A stretch of 64,000 nt of DNA from a virus: positions 72,829 to 136,828 of the IMG/VR virus record IMGVR_UViG_3300014039_000016; one strand, given 5' to 3'. Numbering within the stretch: the stretch's first letter is position 1; each line of letters begins with the position of its first letter. Positions 1 to 9,027 of this stretch are shown one piece after another. The notes under the pieces are model-generated. The model saw only the letters and a list, made by a program, of their open reading frames with translations, ran no database searches and was not told the DNA's origin. A program made the position numbers and the translations under genes.

Positions 1-777
1 GGTATCTTGATAAAAAGCATCAACTTCTCTTTCTTTATCTTCACTATTTAAAAATGCTTTATGAACATATCTGTCTTCAGGTCTTAAATAATGAGAATCT
101 GAAGTTGGAATCATTTTTAAATTAAAGCAATTTGCAATAGATAACAATCTTTGATTTACAATAATTTGTTCTTTAGATACGCCTGGCTGAACTTCAATAT
201 AAAAATTATCTCCAAAAATCTCTTTATTCCAAAGTATAAAATTCACTATTTTATCGTGACATTCTTCAGCACTTCTCATATCTCCTATTTTTTCTGCGGC
301 AGTCATCTTTAATATATTTTTGCCTAATTCTCCGCCAATGCAAGCTGAACTAGCAATTAAATGACCTGGGTTTTTAGAAACTACTTTTTTTAAATCTTTT
401 TTTAGAGTGTCTACTCTTGTCATACCTGATGTAGTATAACAGTTAAGCCAAGCTATTGTAGACAATTCTTTAATTTGATGATAACCAATTTCATCAATAG
501 CTGTTAAAACATAGTGATAATGCTCATTATTTGGTCTTTCATCTACTAAGTAAATCTCATTTGCTAATCCAATTTTAAAATTTGGATATTTTTCTTTAAT
601 TACTTCTTGGTAATATTTATTTGCTTTTACATGAGAAGATACACATTCATGCTCGCTGATACTAATACCCGCTAATCCTAGTTCTATAGCTTTATCAATT
701 AAAGCTTCTGGAGTAGGCAAAGCATCTCTAAGTCTTAAATTACTATATCTTGTATGATTATGATTATCATACCTCAT
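1..777 (-). CDS. DNA polymerase III alpha (DnaE-like), N-terminal PHP domain. Partial: runs off the window start.
   Basis: Minus-strand ATG at 775-777 preceded by GGAGGA. Translation MRYDNHNHTRYSNLRLRDAL...GLAGISISEHE carries PHP-domain HxH/E motifs. No stop before position 1. Not in the ORF track because it is incomplete. Confidence 0.6.
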   Translation of the reverse strand, partial: MRYDNHNHTRYSNLRLRDALPTPEALIDKAIELGLAGISISEHECVSSHVKANKYYQEVIKEKYPNFKIGLANEIYLVDERPNNEHYHYVLTAIDEIGYHQIKELSTIAWLNCYTTSGMTRVDTLKKDLKKVVSKNPGHLIASSACIGGELGKNILKMTAAEKIGDMRSAEECHDKIVNFILWNKEIFGDNFYIEVQPGVSKEQIIVNQRLLSIANCFNLKMIPTSDSHYLRPEDRYVHKAFLNSEDKEREVDAFYQDT

Positions 778-1444
778 TTAATGACTCCTCCTCTTCTTCA
801 TATCTTTTCCAATGATAACTGCCAGCACTATTGGTTCGTCCAGAGACACAATTATTTATAGCACTTCTGCTTCTATGACAAAATTCTGCAGCTTCTGTAG
901 CACTTGGAAAAATTTGACCAGTTTCTAAGCATATAACTTTCTTAGCATGCGGACTATTGCCACCTGAAAAATTTTTATGATTTTTTCTCATTTTCTCTTT
1001 AGTTTCTTCAGTATGTTTTCTCCCAAAAAAAGGATTGTTTTCTCCACTATAAAGAATACTTAATTTCTTTTTCATTTCTTCGCTCATATGGCGATTTTGA
1101 GATTTTTTTGTCTCACTAATTTTTCTTTTAGTCTCATCTGTAATTTGATGATTATTTCCACCTTTTTGGATATTATAACCATTCTCAATAGAATCGTATA
1201 AAGTAATGTAATATTCTTCTTTTATATTAGCTTCTTCTTCAGATAAATTTTCTTCTAATATTTCATGGGTAAAATTGTCCCAGCCATATTTCTGTATAGC
1301 ATTCCAAAATTTACTTTGCTTTTTAGAAGTATAAGAATAATATCCAACTCCATCCTTCCTCCATCGTTTTTCTGGTGATTGGTTTGTTTGACCTATATAT
1401 TTTTTACCATTAATTTTATTGGTGTGTGCGTATACAATATACAT
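767..1444 (-). CDS. GIY-YIG homing endonuclease (I-TevI/Seg-like) with NUMOD3 repeats
   Basis: N-terminal IYVYAHTNKINGKKYIGQT...YG and repeated NPFFGRKHTEETKEKM-type motifs. C-terminal DNA-binding tail. Confidence 0.85.
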   Translation of the reverse strand: MYIVYAHTNKINGKKYIGQTNQSPEKRWRKDGVGYYSYTSKKQSKFWNAIQKYGWDNFTHEILEENLSEEEANIKEEYYITLYDSIENGYNIQKGGNNHQITDETKRKISETKKSQNRHMSEEMKKKLSILYSGENNPFFGRKHTEETKEKMRKNHKNFSGGNSPHAKKVICLETGQIFPSATEAAEFCHRSRSAINNCVSGRTNSAGSYHWKRYEEEEESLNEV

Positions 1445-1474
1445 TTGTTGTTCCTCTTTATTTATTATATAATT

Positions 1475-1502
1475 ATTATATCATATATTTTATATAAAAT
1501 CA
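1475..1502 (-). promoter_or_regulatory. sigma-70-type promoter (extended -10 TGnTATAAT, -35 TTGATT, 17-nt spacer)
   Basis: Plus-strand attatatcata...aatcaa. Upstream of the GIY-YIG gene. Confidence 0.6.
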
Positions 1503-1529
1503 AGAAAACGAGAACTAATTGTTCTCGTT
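1496..1529 (-). terminator. rho-independent terminator
   Basis: AACGAGAAC-taatt-GTTCTCGTT hairpin followed by a T-rich run on the minus strand. Confidence 0.45.
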
Positions 1530-1700
1530 CTTTATATTTTTTCTTATTTCATTGATACAGTTTTCACAAATTTCTGCGTTTCCCCAGGCAAACCAATTTG
1601 AATTATCTGTATCTTTGAATAATATTCTCTTTTTTATTTTATAACTTTCTAAATTATCAGGAATCATTTTAGAACATATTGCACATATATTTTTCATCAC
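1515..1700 (-). CDS. small Cys-rich (zinc-ribbon) hypothetical protein
   Basis: CxxC...CxxC pattern. Overlaps the start of the downstream helicase by 4 nt. Confidence 0.3.
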   Translation of the reverse strand: MMKNICAICSKMIPDNLESYKIKKRILFKDTDNSNWFAWGNAEICENCINEIRKNIKNENN

Positions 1701-2881
1701 TCGTTTCTCCTAATCACTAATTTTTCTGATGCTCTAGTCGCGGCTGTATATAGCCATCTTGCATGCTCTATCTTAATATTAGGAAAAGACTCCTCAATAA
1801 CTAAGACCTTATCCCATTCACTACCTTGTGCGCTATGACAAGTAATTGCATAAGCATAGGTGAAGTTTTTAGGAATTAAATCGCCATATATATACTTCAT
1901 TTTCCTAAGTTGATATTGAACGCGCCAATCTAAAAAAGGCTCTTCTTTAGTAAAAAAAGTTCTATCCATATCTAATAAAGGAAAAGTATCGCCGCCATCT
2001 GGTTTAAAATCGCCAATTATAATTGGAACTTCTCGTTCATCTGTTTGAATACGATTAGGAACTCTAATAAAGCTGGTGCATGGATTAATTAATGTACCTG
2101 TTGTACCATTAACAAGAGCATCACCATTTTCATTTGTATCGTCCCAATAATTTCGTTTACAAATAATTTTTTCTCCATTTTTTGGTAATCCTGAATAACC
2201 TAATAGACCTCTTACCTGGCTATTTATAGAATGTCGAGTTGCATTTGTTGCAACTAAAATTTGGTCCGCCCATGTTAGCATTCCAGTATTTAGCTCATTT
2301 TGTTTAACTATACAAACTTCATTACCTTTCATAAAAGAAATTGGTTCAAAATTACGAATTTTCATCGTAAGTCTAATAATCTCACTTTCTGCGGCTTGCC
2401 TCATAACCTCGTCTAAGAATACATCAGGATGCTTAAGGAGGTCATTTTCCTCGGTCTTGTCGATTTGAGGTAGCTGAAAAGGGTCTCCAAGGAAGATAAT
2501 AAAAATATGATGCGTCATAAGCAAATCTACCATCGACTTCGGAACCATAGACACTTCATCTACAACCACTATTGTATAGTCTAGCTCTTTTCTTATGCGT
2601 CTACCAAATCCGCCACTTGCCTTTGGATAATGCTCATATAATAAGTGATGAAGAGTACAAGCGCCAGGATTTCCTTTTTTTCTTAAGACTTCCGCGGCTT
2701 TACCCGTATAAGTAGCATAAGCTACCTTTTCTGGAGAAACATCTAACGCGCTAATAATAAACTTAACTAAGGTTGATTTTCCAGTTCCAGCATAGCCCGC
2801 AATAACTGCATATTTGTCTCCTTTTTTATGCTTATCTAAAACTACTTTTAATCCTTCCTCTTGCTTCCTCGTTAATATCAT
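1697..2881 (-). CDS. SF1 DNA helicase, Dda/RecD-like
   Basis: Walker A AGYAGTGKST, Walker B VVVDEVSMV, and a C-terminal UvrD_C_2-like region. Confidence 0.8.
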   Translation of the reverse strand: MILTRKQEEGLKVVLDKHKKGDKYAVIAGYAGTGKSTLVKFIISALDVSPEKVAYATYTGKAAEVLRKKGNPGACTLHHLLYEHYPKASGGFGRRIRKELDYTIVVVDEVSMVPKSMVDLLMTHHIFIIFLGDPFQLPQIDKTEENDLLKHPDVFLDEVMRQAAESEIIRLTMKIRNFEPISFMKGNEVCIVKQNELNTGMLTWADQILVATNATRHSINSQVRGLLGYSGLPKNGEKIICKRNYWDDTNENGDALVNGTTGTLINPCTSFIRVPNRIQTDEREVPIIIGDFKPDGGDTFPLLDMDRTFFTKEEPFLDWRVQYQLRKMKYIYGDLIPKNFTYAYAITCHSAQGSEWDKVLVIEESFPNIKIEHARWLYTAATRASEKLVIRRNE

Positions 2882-3690
2882 TATTCTTTCACCTCATAAA
2901 AAGTCATATCGCTATAATCAACCGTACCTGTATCTTCAATGCGGAAATCATCAATTTTTAATCTTAAATTATCTATAATATCATTATTAATAGCAAATTC
3001 TTTAGGATTTTTTAAAAATTCTTCATATTCTTCTTTAGATAAATCAATTTCTCCTTCATAATGTCCATATCTTAAAAACCCACTAACATAATCTGGAATG
3101 ATATTATCTATGAAAATTGTTTTATCTTCTTTCTTATGCCTCTCATTAGCCTTATCTATTGTCATTCTATTTAAAGAAGTAATTGCGCTAACACGACCAT
3201 CTTTGATTATTTTACTTAAATTTACAGGAGTGTAGTTACAAACATTTGCTGCTAAGTTAAGATGATACATATCATCACACCCTTCCATATTAGAATGGTC
3301 ATGACCATGAATATTTAAACACCAAGATAAACCCTTTATAGGTTCATGTGATAATAAAATCTTTTCAGCAATAAAAACAGGACCAGTATAAATTTCATTA
3401 AAATAATCTCGATATTTACCTAAACATGAATAATCATGGTTGCCGCAAATTAATATCCTATAATTTACATTTAGCTGTTCTAAATACTTTGGGTCTCCTA
3501 TATCTCCTAATAAAACTAAGGTATCATTCTTATGAACCAATTTATTGATTCTTTGAACCTGCTCTTCTGGAGTTATCCAATTCTTATCCATAAGTTTACA
3601 ATCACTATCATTGAAATGTGTATCAGATAAAATCCAAACAGAGCCAGTCATAGACCAATGCCTAAAAATATTATATAACATATTTATCAT
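2881..3690 (-). CDS. calcineurin-like metallophosphoesterase
   Basis: SDTHF...GDIGD...GNHD motifs. Confidence 0.8.
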   Translation of the reverse strand: MINMLYNIFRHWSMTGSVWILSDTHFNDSDCKLMDKNWITPEEQVQRINKLVHKNDTLVLLGDIGDPKYLEQLNVNYRILICGNHDYSCLGKYRDYFNEIYTGPVFIAEKILLSHEPIKGLSWCLNIHGHDHSNMEGCDDMYHLNLAANVCNYTPVNLSKIIKDGRVSAITSLNRMTIDKANERHKKEDKTIFIDNIIPDYVSGFLRYGHYEGEIDLSKEEYEEFLKNPKEFAINNDIIDNLRLKIDDFRIEDTGTVDYSDMTFYEVKE

Positions 3691-3693
3691 ATC

Positions 3694-4131
3694 TTACTCT
3701 CCTTTTTCATCCAATTCATCATATAACTCATTTCTAATGCGCATAAGAGTTTGACCTAATTTATTTTGTCCTACTCCTTTACATTTACCCCAATAAGTAT
3801 CTCCCCAAGTGTTACCTTCTACTATTGGTTCTAATCCAGTCTGTAAGAGTTTGATTTTAAGGTCTTCATTCTCTGTAAACTTCTGTTTACAAACATCATA
3901 CATTACCTGGTCTTTAATTTCTTCCCAATCATCTCTTAACTCAACTTTTCTGCCTAATCTTTTAGCCGCACCAGGTCTTAAACCAATAAACTTACGCCTC
4001 TCTTCATCTGTTTTACACTTAGCAGCCTGAAAAGCAGCTTCTGTTGAATTATATAATATGCCATTATAAAATATCGGAACTTCATAAAAATTACTTAAAA
4101 ATCCAAATTTACCATCAAATATATCTATCAT
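3694..4131 (-). CDS. NADAR (YbiA/DUF1768) domain protein
   Basis: FLSNF, EAAFQAAK and GDTYWG hallmark motifs over the full 145 aa. Confidence 0.85.
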   Translation of the reverse strand: MIDIFDGKFGFLSNFYEVPIFYNGILYNSTEAAFQAAKCKTDEERRKFIGLRPGAAKRLGRKVELRDDWEEIKDQVMYDVCKQKFTENEDLKIKLLQTGLEPIVEGNTWGDTYWGKCKGVGQNKLGQTLMRIRNELYDELDEKGE

Positions 4132-4169
4132 TTTAATATTATTCCTTTCTTATCTATATAAATATTATA

Positions 4170-4379
4170 TCATATTTTAAAATTAAAATCAATACAATAA
4201 TACTTTTTCTTTTCTATTTTTTTCTTTATACATTCCTTACATTTATTTTTTACTATTGGAGCAATAGAAGTACAAATATCCATTTCTGAATAATTGTACC
4301 CCTCTAACCAAAATAATCTATTACAATAAAAGCATCTCTTTGGAATAAAAGCAAATTTATCATAATGTGTTAAAGTCAT
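4170..4379 (-). CDS. small Cys-rich hypothetical protein
   Basis: CFYCN...CKEC pattern. Its 3' end overlaps a promoter motif, so the exact extent is uncertain. Confidence 0.3.
   Translation of the reverse strand: MTLTHYDKFAFIPKRCFYCNRLFWLEGYNYSEMDICTSIAPIVKNKCKECIKKKIEKKKYYCIDFNFKI
4174..4202 (-). promoter_or_regulatory. sigma-70-type promoter (conserved phage motif)
   Basis: attatatcata-N-aatcaa. Upstream of the NADAR gene. Confidence 0.6.
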
Positions 4380-4380
4380 T

Positions 4381-6276
4381 TTAGAACCCCCATGCTGTTA
4401 CAAAAGAAGCTTCTTTTATATCAATAATTTCATAATCAACCATAATTAACTGCGGATTTACCTCATAATTCCACTCATTAGAATTACATTTGCAAACTGC
4501 ATTAATTATATAATCATTACCATTATTAAAAGTATCAATTTCTTCTTCTGTACCCCCAAATTGTATAATATCAGCAACTGAATTAGTATATTTTAAAGTA
4601 TTTGATTTCATCACTTTAAAAGTATCTTTATTAACTTTAATATTCTTTATATATACAAGCGGTCTTTCAAAATCTTTACCTAGATAATCATTCATATTAG
4701 CCATTTCTAATATTTTCTGTCCTTCATTTTCAGAAGTCATATTCTTAGCATCCCATATATAATCAACATAATAAATAGGGTCTTCATTCATATCTTTAAG
4801 AATAGAATCTGTATCGTTTACAAAACTTAGTATCGGTTCTCCAAAAACTTCAGCCCCATAATCTGGGTCTAAACTACCACAATCTAAACCTAAACCGAAA
4901 GCACCTTGATGACCTTCCGCGTATCGAGCTCCCGCGGCAATACAAATATCTTTAAAATTCATATCTTTACCATATCCGCGTGCAGACCCCTCATAAGTCA
5001 CATATTGATTTTCTTTATCAACTACTTTTGTTAAAATACATACAGGTCTTTGATACTTTGCCATGAACTTATTCGCTATTAACCCAGCTATATTCCTATC
5101 AACCTCGCCAGGTTCTAATAAGAATAACAAAACTTTATGGTCTAACATATGATTTTTTTCAATTAAGCCCTCTAAATGTTCAAGTCCACTATCTTGAGCT
5201 TTTGTTTGTCTATTCTTTACATTTGTGCATGTTCGTATAGCTTGGTCAACAACTCTTTCCATTTCTCCTTGCGCGTGACCTCTTTTAGTTGAAAGAACCC
5301 TTTCAAACGCTCTATATTCTAGCATTGATTGGAATAATAATTCTTTCTCTTCTTGTGTTCCACTTCTAACCATTGCATTAACAAAAGGAGCAATAAAGAA
5401 AGCCGCGCCCATTGGAGTAATTTGTAAACCATGCTCTGAAGATGGCTTATAATCAGATTTATTTAAAGAAAAAGAATTTTTCTTTGCCATTTCATATATA
5501 AAAGGATTTTTAATATTTTCCTCTTTAAAACCTTCAAAGATGAGGTATTTCGTCTCAAGCGAGAGAATACTCATCATATCCGCCATGTTTCCAAGTGCAA
5601 CGAGGTCTAAGTAATTATTAGCAAAGTCTGTATCCTTTAATTTATCTAAAAAACGACAAAACTGCCATGTAACACCAACTCCAGAAAGTTCTTTATTAGG
5701 ATATGGAGTTAATTGATTATTAATAATAACTGTATTATGATACATTGCGGGATTAGATACTTCGTGATGGTCTAATATTAAAACTTCTGTATTATGATTA
5801 TCTAACTCTATATGAAAATTAATATCATTACTTCCTGCATCCGGCAATATAACTAAATCATATTTTTCTGCTTCTTCACAACAATCTGAAAGTCCATGCT
5901 GCTTTCCATTATGAAGAAAATATGATACATTATTTATAACAAAAGAAGGAAAAGAAGCATATAAATAATTTAATAAAAGCGCGCTTGAAGTATATCCATC
6001 ACAATCTGCATCAACTATTATTAATACTTTATGATTTTGCATAATATGTTTAATTAACATTGCCGCACCACGCTCCATTAAATCTAATCCAAATGCTTCT
6101 GGCGGATTGACGCATTCTTCTGTTGGGTTTATATATTCATATATATCTTCTTTTGAAATTCCTCTATTCAAAATAACTTGAAGTTCCGCAGAATTTGTTT
6201 TTACTGGATTATTATATAATTGAATGTGCATTATTTTACCCCACAAACAGCTATCTTTTTTGAGCATTGTGGACAA
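4381..6276 (-). CDS. DHH-family phosphoesterase, RecJ-like ssDNA exonuclease
   Basis: IVDADCDGYTSS (DHH motif II) and ILDHHEV (DHH motif). Confidence 0.75.
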   Translation of the reverse strand: MSTMLKKDSCLWGKIMHIQLYNNPVKTNSAELQVILNRGISKEDIYEYINPTEECVNPPEAFGLDLMERGAAMLIKHIMQNHKVLIIVDADCDGYTSSALLLNYLYASFPSFVINNVSYFLHNGKQHGLSDCCEEAEKYDLVILPDAGSNDINFHIELDNHNTEVLILDHHEVSNPAMYHNTVIINNQLTPYPNKELSGVGVTWQFCRFLDKLKDTDFANNYLDLVALGNMADMMSILSLETKYLIFEGFKEENIKNPFIYEMAKKNSFSLNKSDYKPSSEHGLQITPMGAAFFIAPFVNAMVRSGTQEEKELLFQSMLEYRAFERVLSTKRGHAQGEMERVVDQAIRTCTNVKNRQTKAQDSGLEHLEGLIEKNHMLDHKVLLFLLEPGEVDRNIAGLIANKFMAKYQRPVCILTKVVDKENQYVTYEGSARGYGKDMNFKDICIAAGARYAEGHQGAFGLGLDCGSLDPDYGAEVFGEPILSFVNDTDSILKDMNEDPIYYVDYIWDAKNMTSENEGQKILEMANMNDYLGKDFERPLVYIKNIKVNKDTFKVMKSNTLKYTNSVADIIQFGGTEEEIDTFNNGNDYIINAVCKCNSNEWNYEVNPQLIMVDYEIIDIKEASFVTAWGF

Positions 6277-6437
6277 ATAACATAGGTACTTTTACTTGCC
6301 GCAATTAAAAGAAAATCATCATCTCTTCTTGGTGGTGTATAACTTTCTTTAACATCTTCTGCTTCAAAACTAAATTTACATCCACATTCAGGACATTTTC
6401 TTATTTTTCTTGTGCCTTTTTCAATAATTTGTATCAT
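6231..6437 (-). CDS. small zinc-ribbon hypothetical protein
   Basis: CPECGC...CPQCSKK. Overlaps the start of the RecJ-like gene. Confidence 0.3.
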   Translation of the reverse strand: MIQIIEKGTRKIRKCPECGCKFSFEAEDVKESYTPPRRDDDFLLIAASKSTYVICPQCSKKIAVCGVK

Positions 6438-6448
6438 TTTTACTCCTC

Positions 6449-7570
6449 CTAATATAGATTTATTCTTTTCTTAAATAATTCCATAAAAACATCTGGACCT
6501 TTATCAATAGGACTATCTTTATAATCTAAATAATCCCATTTATCAAATATAAAACTAATTTTAACTAAATTACCATATTTATGATAAATATTAGTTAAAT
6601 TTCTAGTTAATTTTATAAACTCATCATCACCCTTTTTTTGGAACTGCTTATCCAAACAAATAATAATTTCTTTAACTCCTAGATTAATAAGAATCCAAGC
6701 TTGATATTGAATAAAAGCACTTCCGCAAACTGCAACTGAGATATCATTATCTTTACCAAAATAACTTGCATATAGGAGAGGTGACTTCTCCCCTTCAAAA
6801 ACAAAAACTTTTTCCGCAGCTCTTATATTATCTTTACTATTGTTTATATTATATAAATTAAATGAAAGTGGATGATTATATAAAACGCCATTTATTTTTG
6901 CGGGTCTATATTTTCCAAAGATTTCATTTTCTTTTATTAATGTTCTTTCTCGTATTCCTATTAGTCTATTGTCAATATCTCTATGCGGAATCACAATACT
7001 CGTATTAATTGGATTATATCGAATACCCGCATTTATCATTACTTCTTCTGTAATTCCTTCTTTTATCCAGGGCATTATAATAGGTTGAGGTAAATTTTTT
7101 AAAATATCATCTTTATATTGTTTCAATTTCACAATTTGAGTATTAATATTAATATCTTTAACTCTATCATAATTATTTAATATTTTCCAATCTTCGTGTG
7201 ACTGATAGTTACTATCATAAACATTTTGATTAGGAGAAAAACCAAAATATTGAGCAACATAATCAATAGCTTCCGGAAGCTGCCATTGAGAATCTTCTTT
7301 TTCTAAATGTGGTTCTTCTCTTGATTTTACTTTTCTTACTAACTCATAAATGTCAAAAGTCTCTCCACAATCTGTATAACATCTAAATAATTTAGTATTA
7401 TCATAATAGTATAATTTTTTACTATTTCCATTATGACAAATAGTTCGACATTTTAGTAAACTACCTTCTCGAATTGGTTCTCCGCCCATTTCATTAACTA
7501 AAGATTCAATTTGCTCAATAGTCAAACTGTTTTTTATTTCATCTTTATTATAACTATATAATTCTGGCAT
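6449..7570 (-). CDS. DNA primase (DnaG-like zinc-binding domain plus TOPRIM)
   Basis: CHNGNS...CYTDCGE zinc-finger motif and an FVFEGEKSPL TOPRIM glutamate region. Confidence 0.65.
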   Translation of the reverse strand: MPELYSYNKDEIKNSLTIEQIESLVNEMGGEPIREGSLLKCRTICHNGNSKKLYYYDNTKLFRCYTDCGETFDIYELVRKVKSREEPHLEKEDSQWQLPEAIDYVAQYFGFSPNQNVYDSNYQSHEDWKILNNYDRVKDININTQIVKLKQYKDDILKNLPQPIIMPWIKEGITEEVMINAGIRYNPINTSIVIPHRDIDNRLIGIRERTLIKENEIFGKYRPAKINGVLYNHPLSFNLYNINNSKDNIRAAEKVFVFEGEKSPLLYASYFGKDNDISVAVCGSAFIQYQAWILINLGVKEIIICLDKQFQKKGDDEFIKLTRNLTNIYHKYGNLVKISFIFDKWDYLDYKDSPIDKGPDVFMELFKKRINLY

Positions 7571-7572
7571 AT

Positions 7573-7842
7573 TTAAAATTCACTCTCGTCTAAAATCTTA
7601 ATTTTTAAATTTTCTATATCTTGTAACTCATAACTATAATCTGTAACAAACATAGGTTCAATGCGGCAAGTGCCTTTATCGGATTTACACCACATAAGAA
7701 TATTTTTCCATCTACCGCGTCTATTTTTATAAACAGATATCTTGGTATCTGGGACATCAAAATCTCCGCGTTTAATTACTGATTCTAGAGCTTCAATATC
7801 TTCTTTTGATGCTTGTAACATAATCATACCTACATCAATTTT
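7573..7842 (-). CDS. replicative DNA helicase (DnaB-like), exon 2 (C-terminal part)
   Basis: DVGMIML (the DADLIMF equivalent) and VYKNRRGRW (the KQRNGP equivalent), in frame with exon 1 if splicing joins 9028 to 7842. The boundary is inferred, not proven. Confidence 0.55.
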   Translation of the reverse strand, partial: KIDVGMIMLQASKEDIEALESVIKRGDFDVPDTKISVYKNRRGRWKNILMWCKSDKGTCRIEPMFVTDYSYELQDIENLKIKILDESEF

Positions 7843-8100
7843 CCTTTTTACCTTTATTTTCATAAAGGAGTAGACTATATCTTTACCATGGCTTTCGCTT
7901 TAGGTCCCTGTACTTCCATTTTAAAATAAATAAAATGTACTTCGCGCAACCGAATAGTCGTTGAACCTTCCTCTATTCGAGGCTCGGCTGCTGATTGCCC
8001 AATCTTTCTAATTTTCAAACATTCACACTTGATTTTATTTCATATCTATGTTGTAGTTTAGAAAGCTCTAAGGGTTTTCCAGCAATTCTCAGGGTGATAA

Positions 8101-8949
8101 TCACTTAGCATTTCTACTAAGGACGACTGTTTCCAAATTTTTATAAATTAAATATTTTCTTTCTAAATGAACTAATGGACAACTATCATATAATTTTTTC
8201 ATTATAAAGTATGGTTTTTGTATACCTCCACATCGAATGTAAAAAGTATTATTTTGAACATTGTTTTTTTGTTCTAATGGATTATCCAATTTTAATACTT
8301 CTTTTATCCATTCAAGAGTTTCTTTAGTTCCAACAAAACTTATACCAAATTCATTATTATTTCCTAAAAAAATAGAACCATCTCCATCAAAGTAACCTAA
8401 AATATAAGGTAGAAAAAATTCTTTTTCTATTTTTGGTGGCTCTAAAATTAAACTTTTTCTTGGAACAATTCCTTTATTTATTAAATCAGAAACCATTTCA
8501 TTACTATTAAAAATAATTTTACTCATAGGAGTGTTATTTGAAAAGCCTTCATTTTGAATATGGTCAACAATTTTTACATCACTATTCATAAATTCTTTAA
8601 GCTTTTCTAAATGTTTTTTATCTTTTCTGCTAATATTTACACCACAAAAATTTCCTGCATTGCAATCTGTTCTTCTTTGATACACATATCCATCTGCAGC
8701 AATAAACCCTAGCCAATAAGCCTTTTCTTCGGTATCAATATTTTGAAATTTTCGATAATCAGCTTTATATTTATGATTATCGTTTCTATAAGTTATTTGA
8801 TTTTCTTTTAACACTCTTGAAATTACATTTTTTGAAACTTGATATTTGGCTCCAATATTAACCATACTTTGTTTTTGATTTATATATAAATTAATAATGT
8901 TCTTCTGTTGTTCATCTGTAAAATTAATTTTTCTCATAAATACCTCCAA
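8101..8949 (-). CDS. LAGLIDADG homing endonuclease (double-motif), intron-encoded
   Basis: YWLGFIAADGYV and ILGYFDGDGSI motifs with an N-terminal HTH. Confidence 0.85.
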   Translation of the reverse strand: MEVFMRKINFTDEQQKNIINLYINQKQSMVNIGAKYQVSKNVISRVLKENQITYRNDNHKYKADYRKFQNIDTEEKAYWLGFIAADGYVYQRRTDCNAGNFCGVNISRKDKKHLEKLKEFMNSDVKIVDHIQNEGFSNNTPMSKIIFNSNEMVSDLINKGIVPRKSLILEPPKIEKEFFLPYILGYFDGDGSIFLGNNNEFGISFVGTKETLEWIKEVLKLDNPLEQKNNVQNNTFYIRCGGIQKPYFIMKKLYDSCPLVHLERKYLIYKNLETVVLSRNAK

Positions 8950-8954
8950 TTAGA

Positions 8955-8970
8955 TGTGTGTGTGTGTGTG
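8955..8970. repeat. (TG)8 dinucleotide microsatellite inside the helicase intron, in the loop of an inverted repeat
   Basis: tgtgtgtgtgtgtgtg, flanked by ATTAGATGT (8949-8957) and ACATCTAAT (8981-8989). Confidence 0.8.
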
Positions 8971-9027
8971 TATTATTCCTACATCTAATATGAAAAATAT
9001 TTAAGCTATATTATAAAAATTTGTCCA

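Larger units (their letters stand above)
7843..9027 (-). mobile_element. group I intron (putative) in the DnaB-like helicase gene, carrying a LAGLIDADG homing-endonuclease ORF
   Basis: The helicase is split in frame. The proposed exon 1 ends in U and the last intron nucleotide is G. About 130 nt (7960-8095) are near-identical to a segment of the PhoH intron. Boundaries are approximate. Confidence 0.55.

Noticed and set aside
3809-4030. Plus-strand ORFs from the six-frame track, including 3809-4030, 13955-14164, 16591-16776, 18754-18948, 19315-19551, 23876-24067, 24254-24454, 24912-25094, 28475-28732, 29007-29429, 30727-31032, 36376-36694, 37490-37729, 38381-38587, 41006-41188, 41491-41730, 42357-42569, 43594-43785, 44804-45031, 48272-48514, 49195-49470, 49793-50029, 50358-50618, 52303-52995 and 55336-55824
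   Set aside because: Each lies entirely antisense within a well-supported minus-strand gene. They have no promoter motif or RBS and are low-complexity, as expected for an AT-rich antisense frame. They are treated as shadow ORFs.
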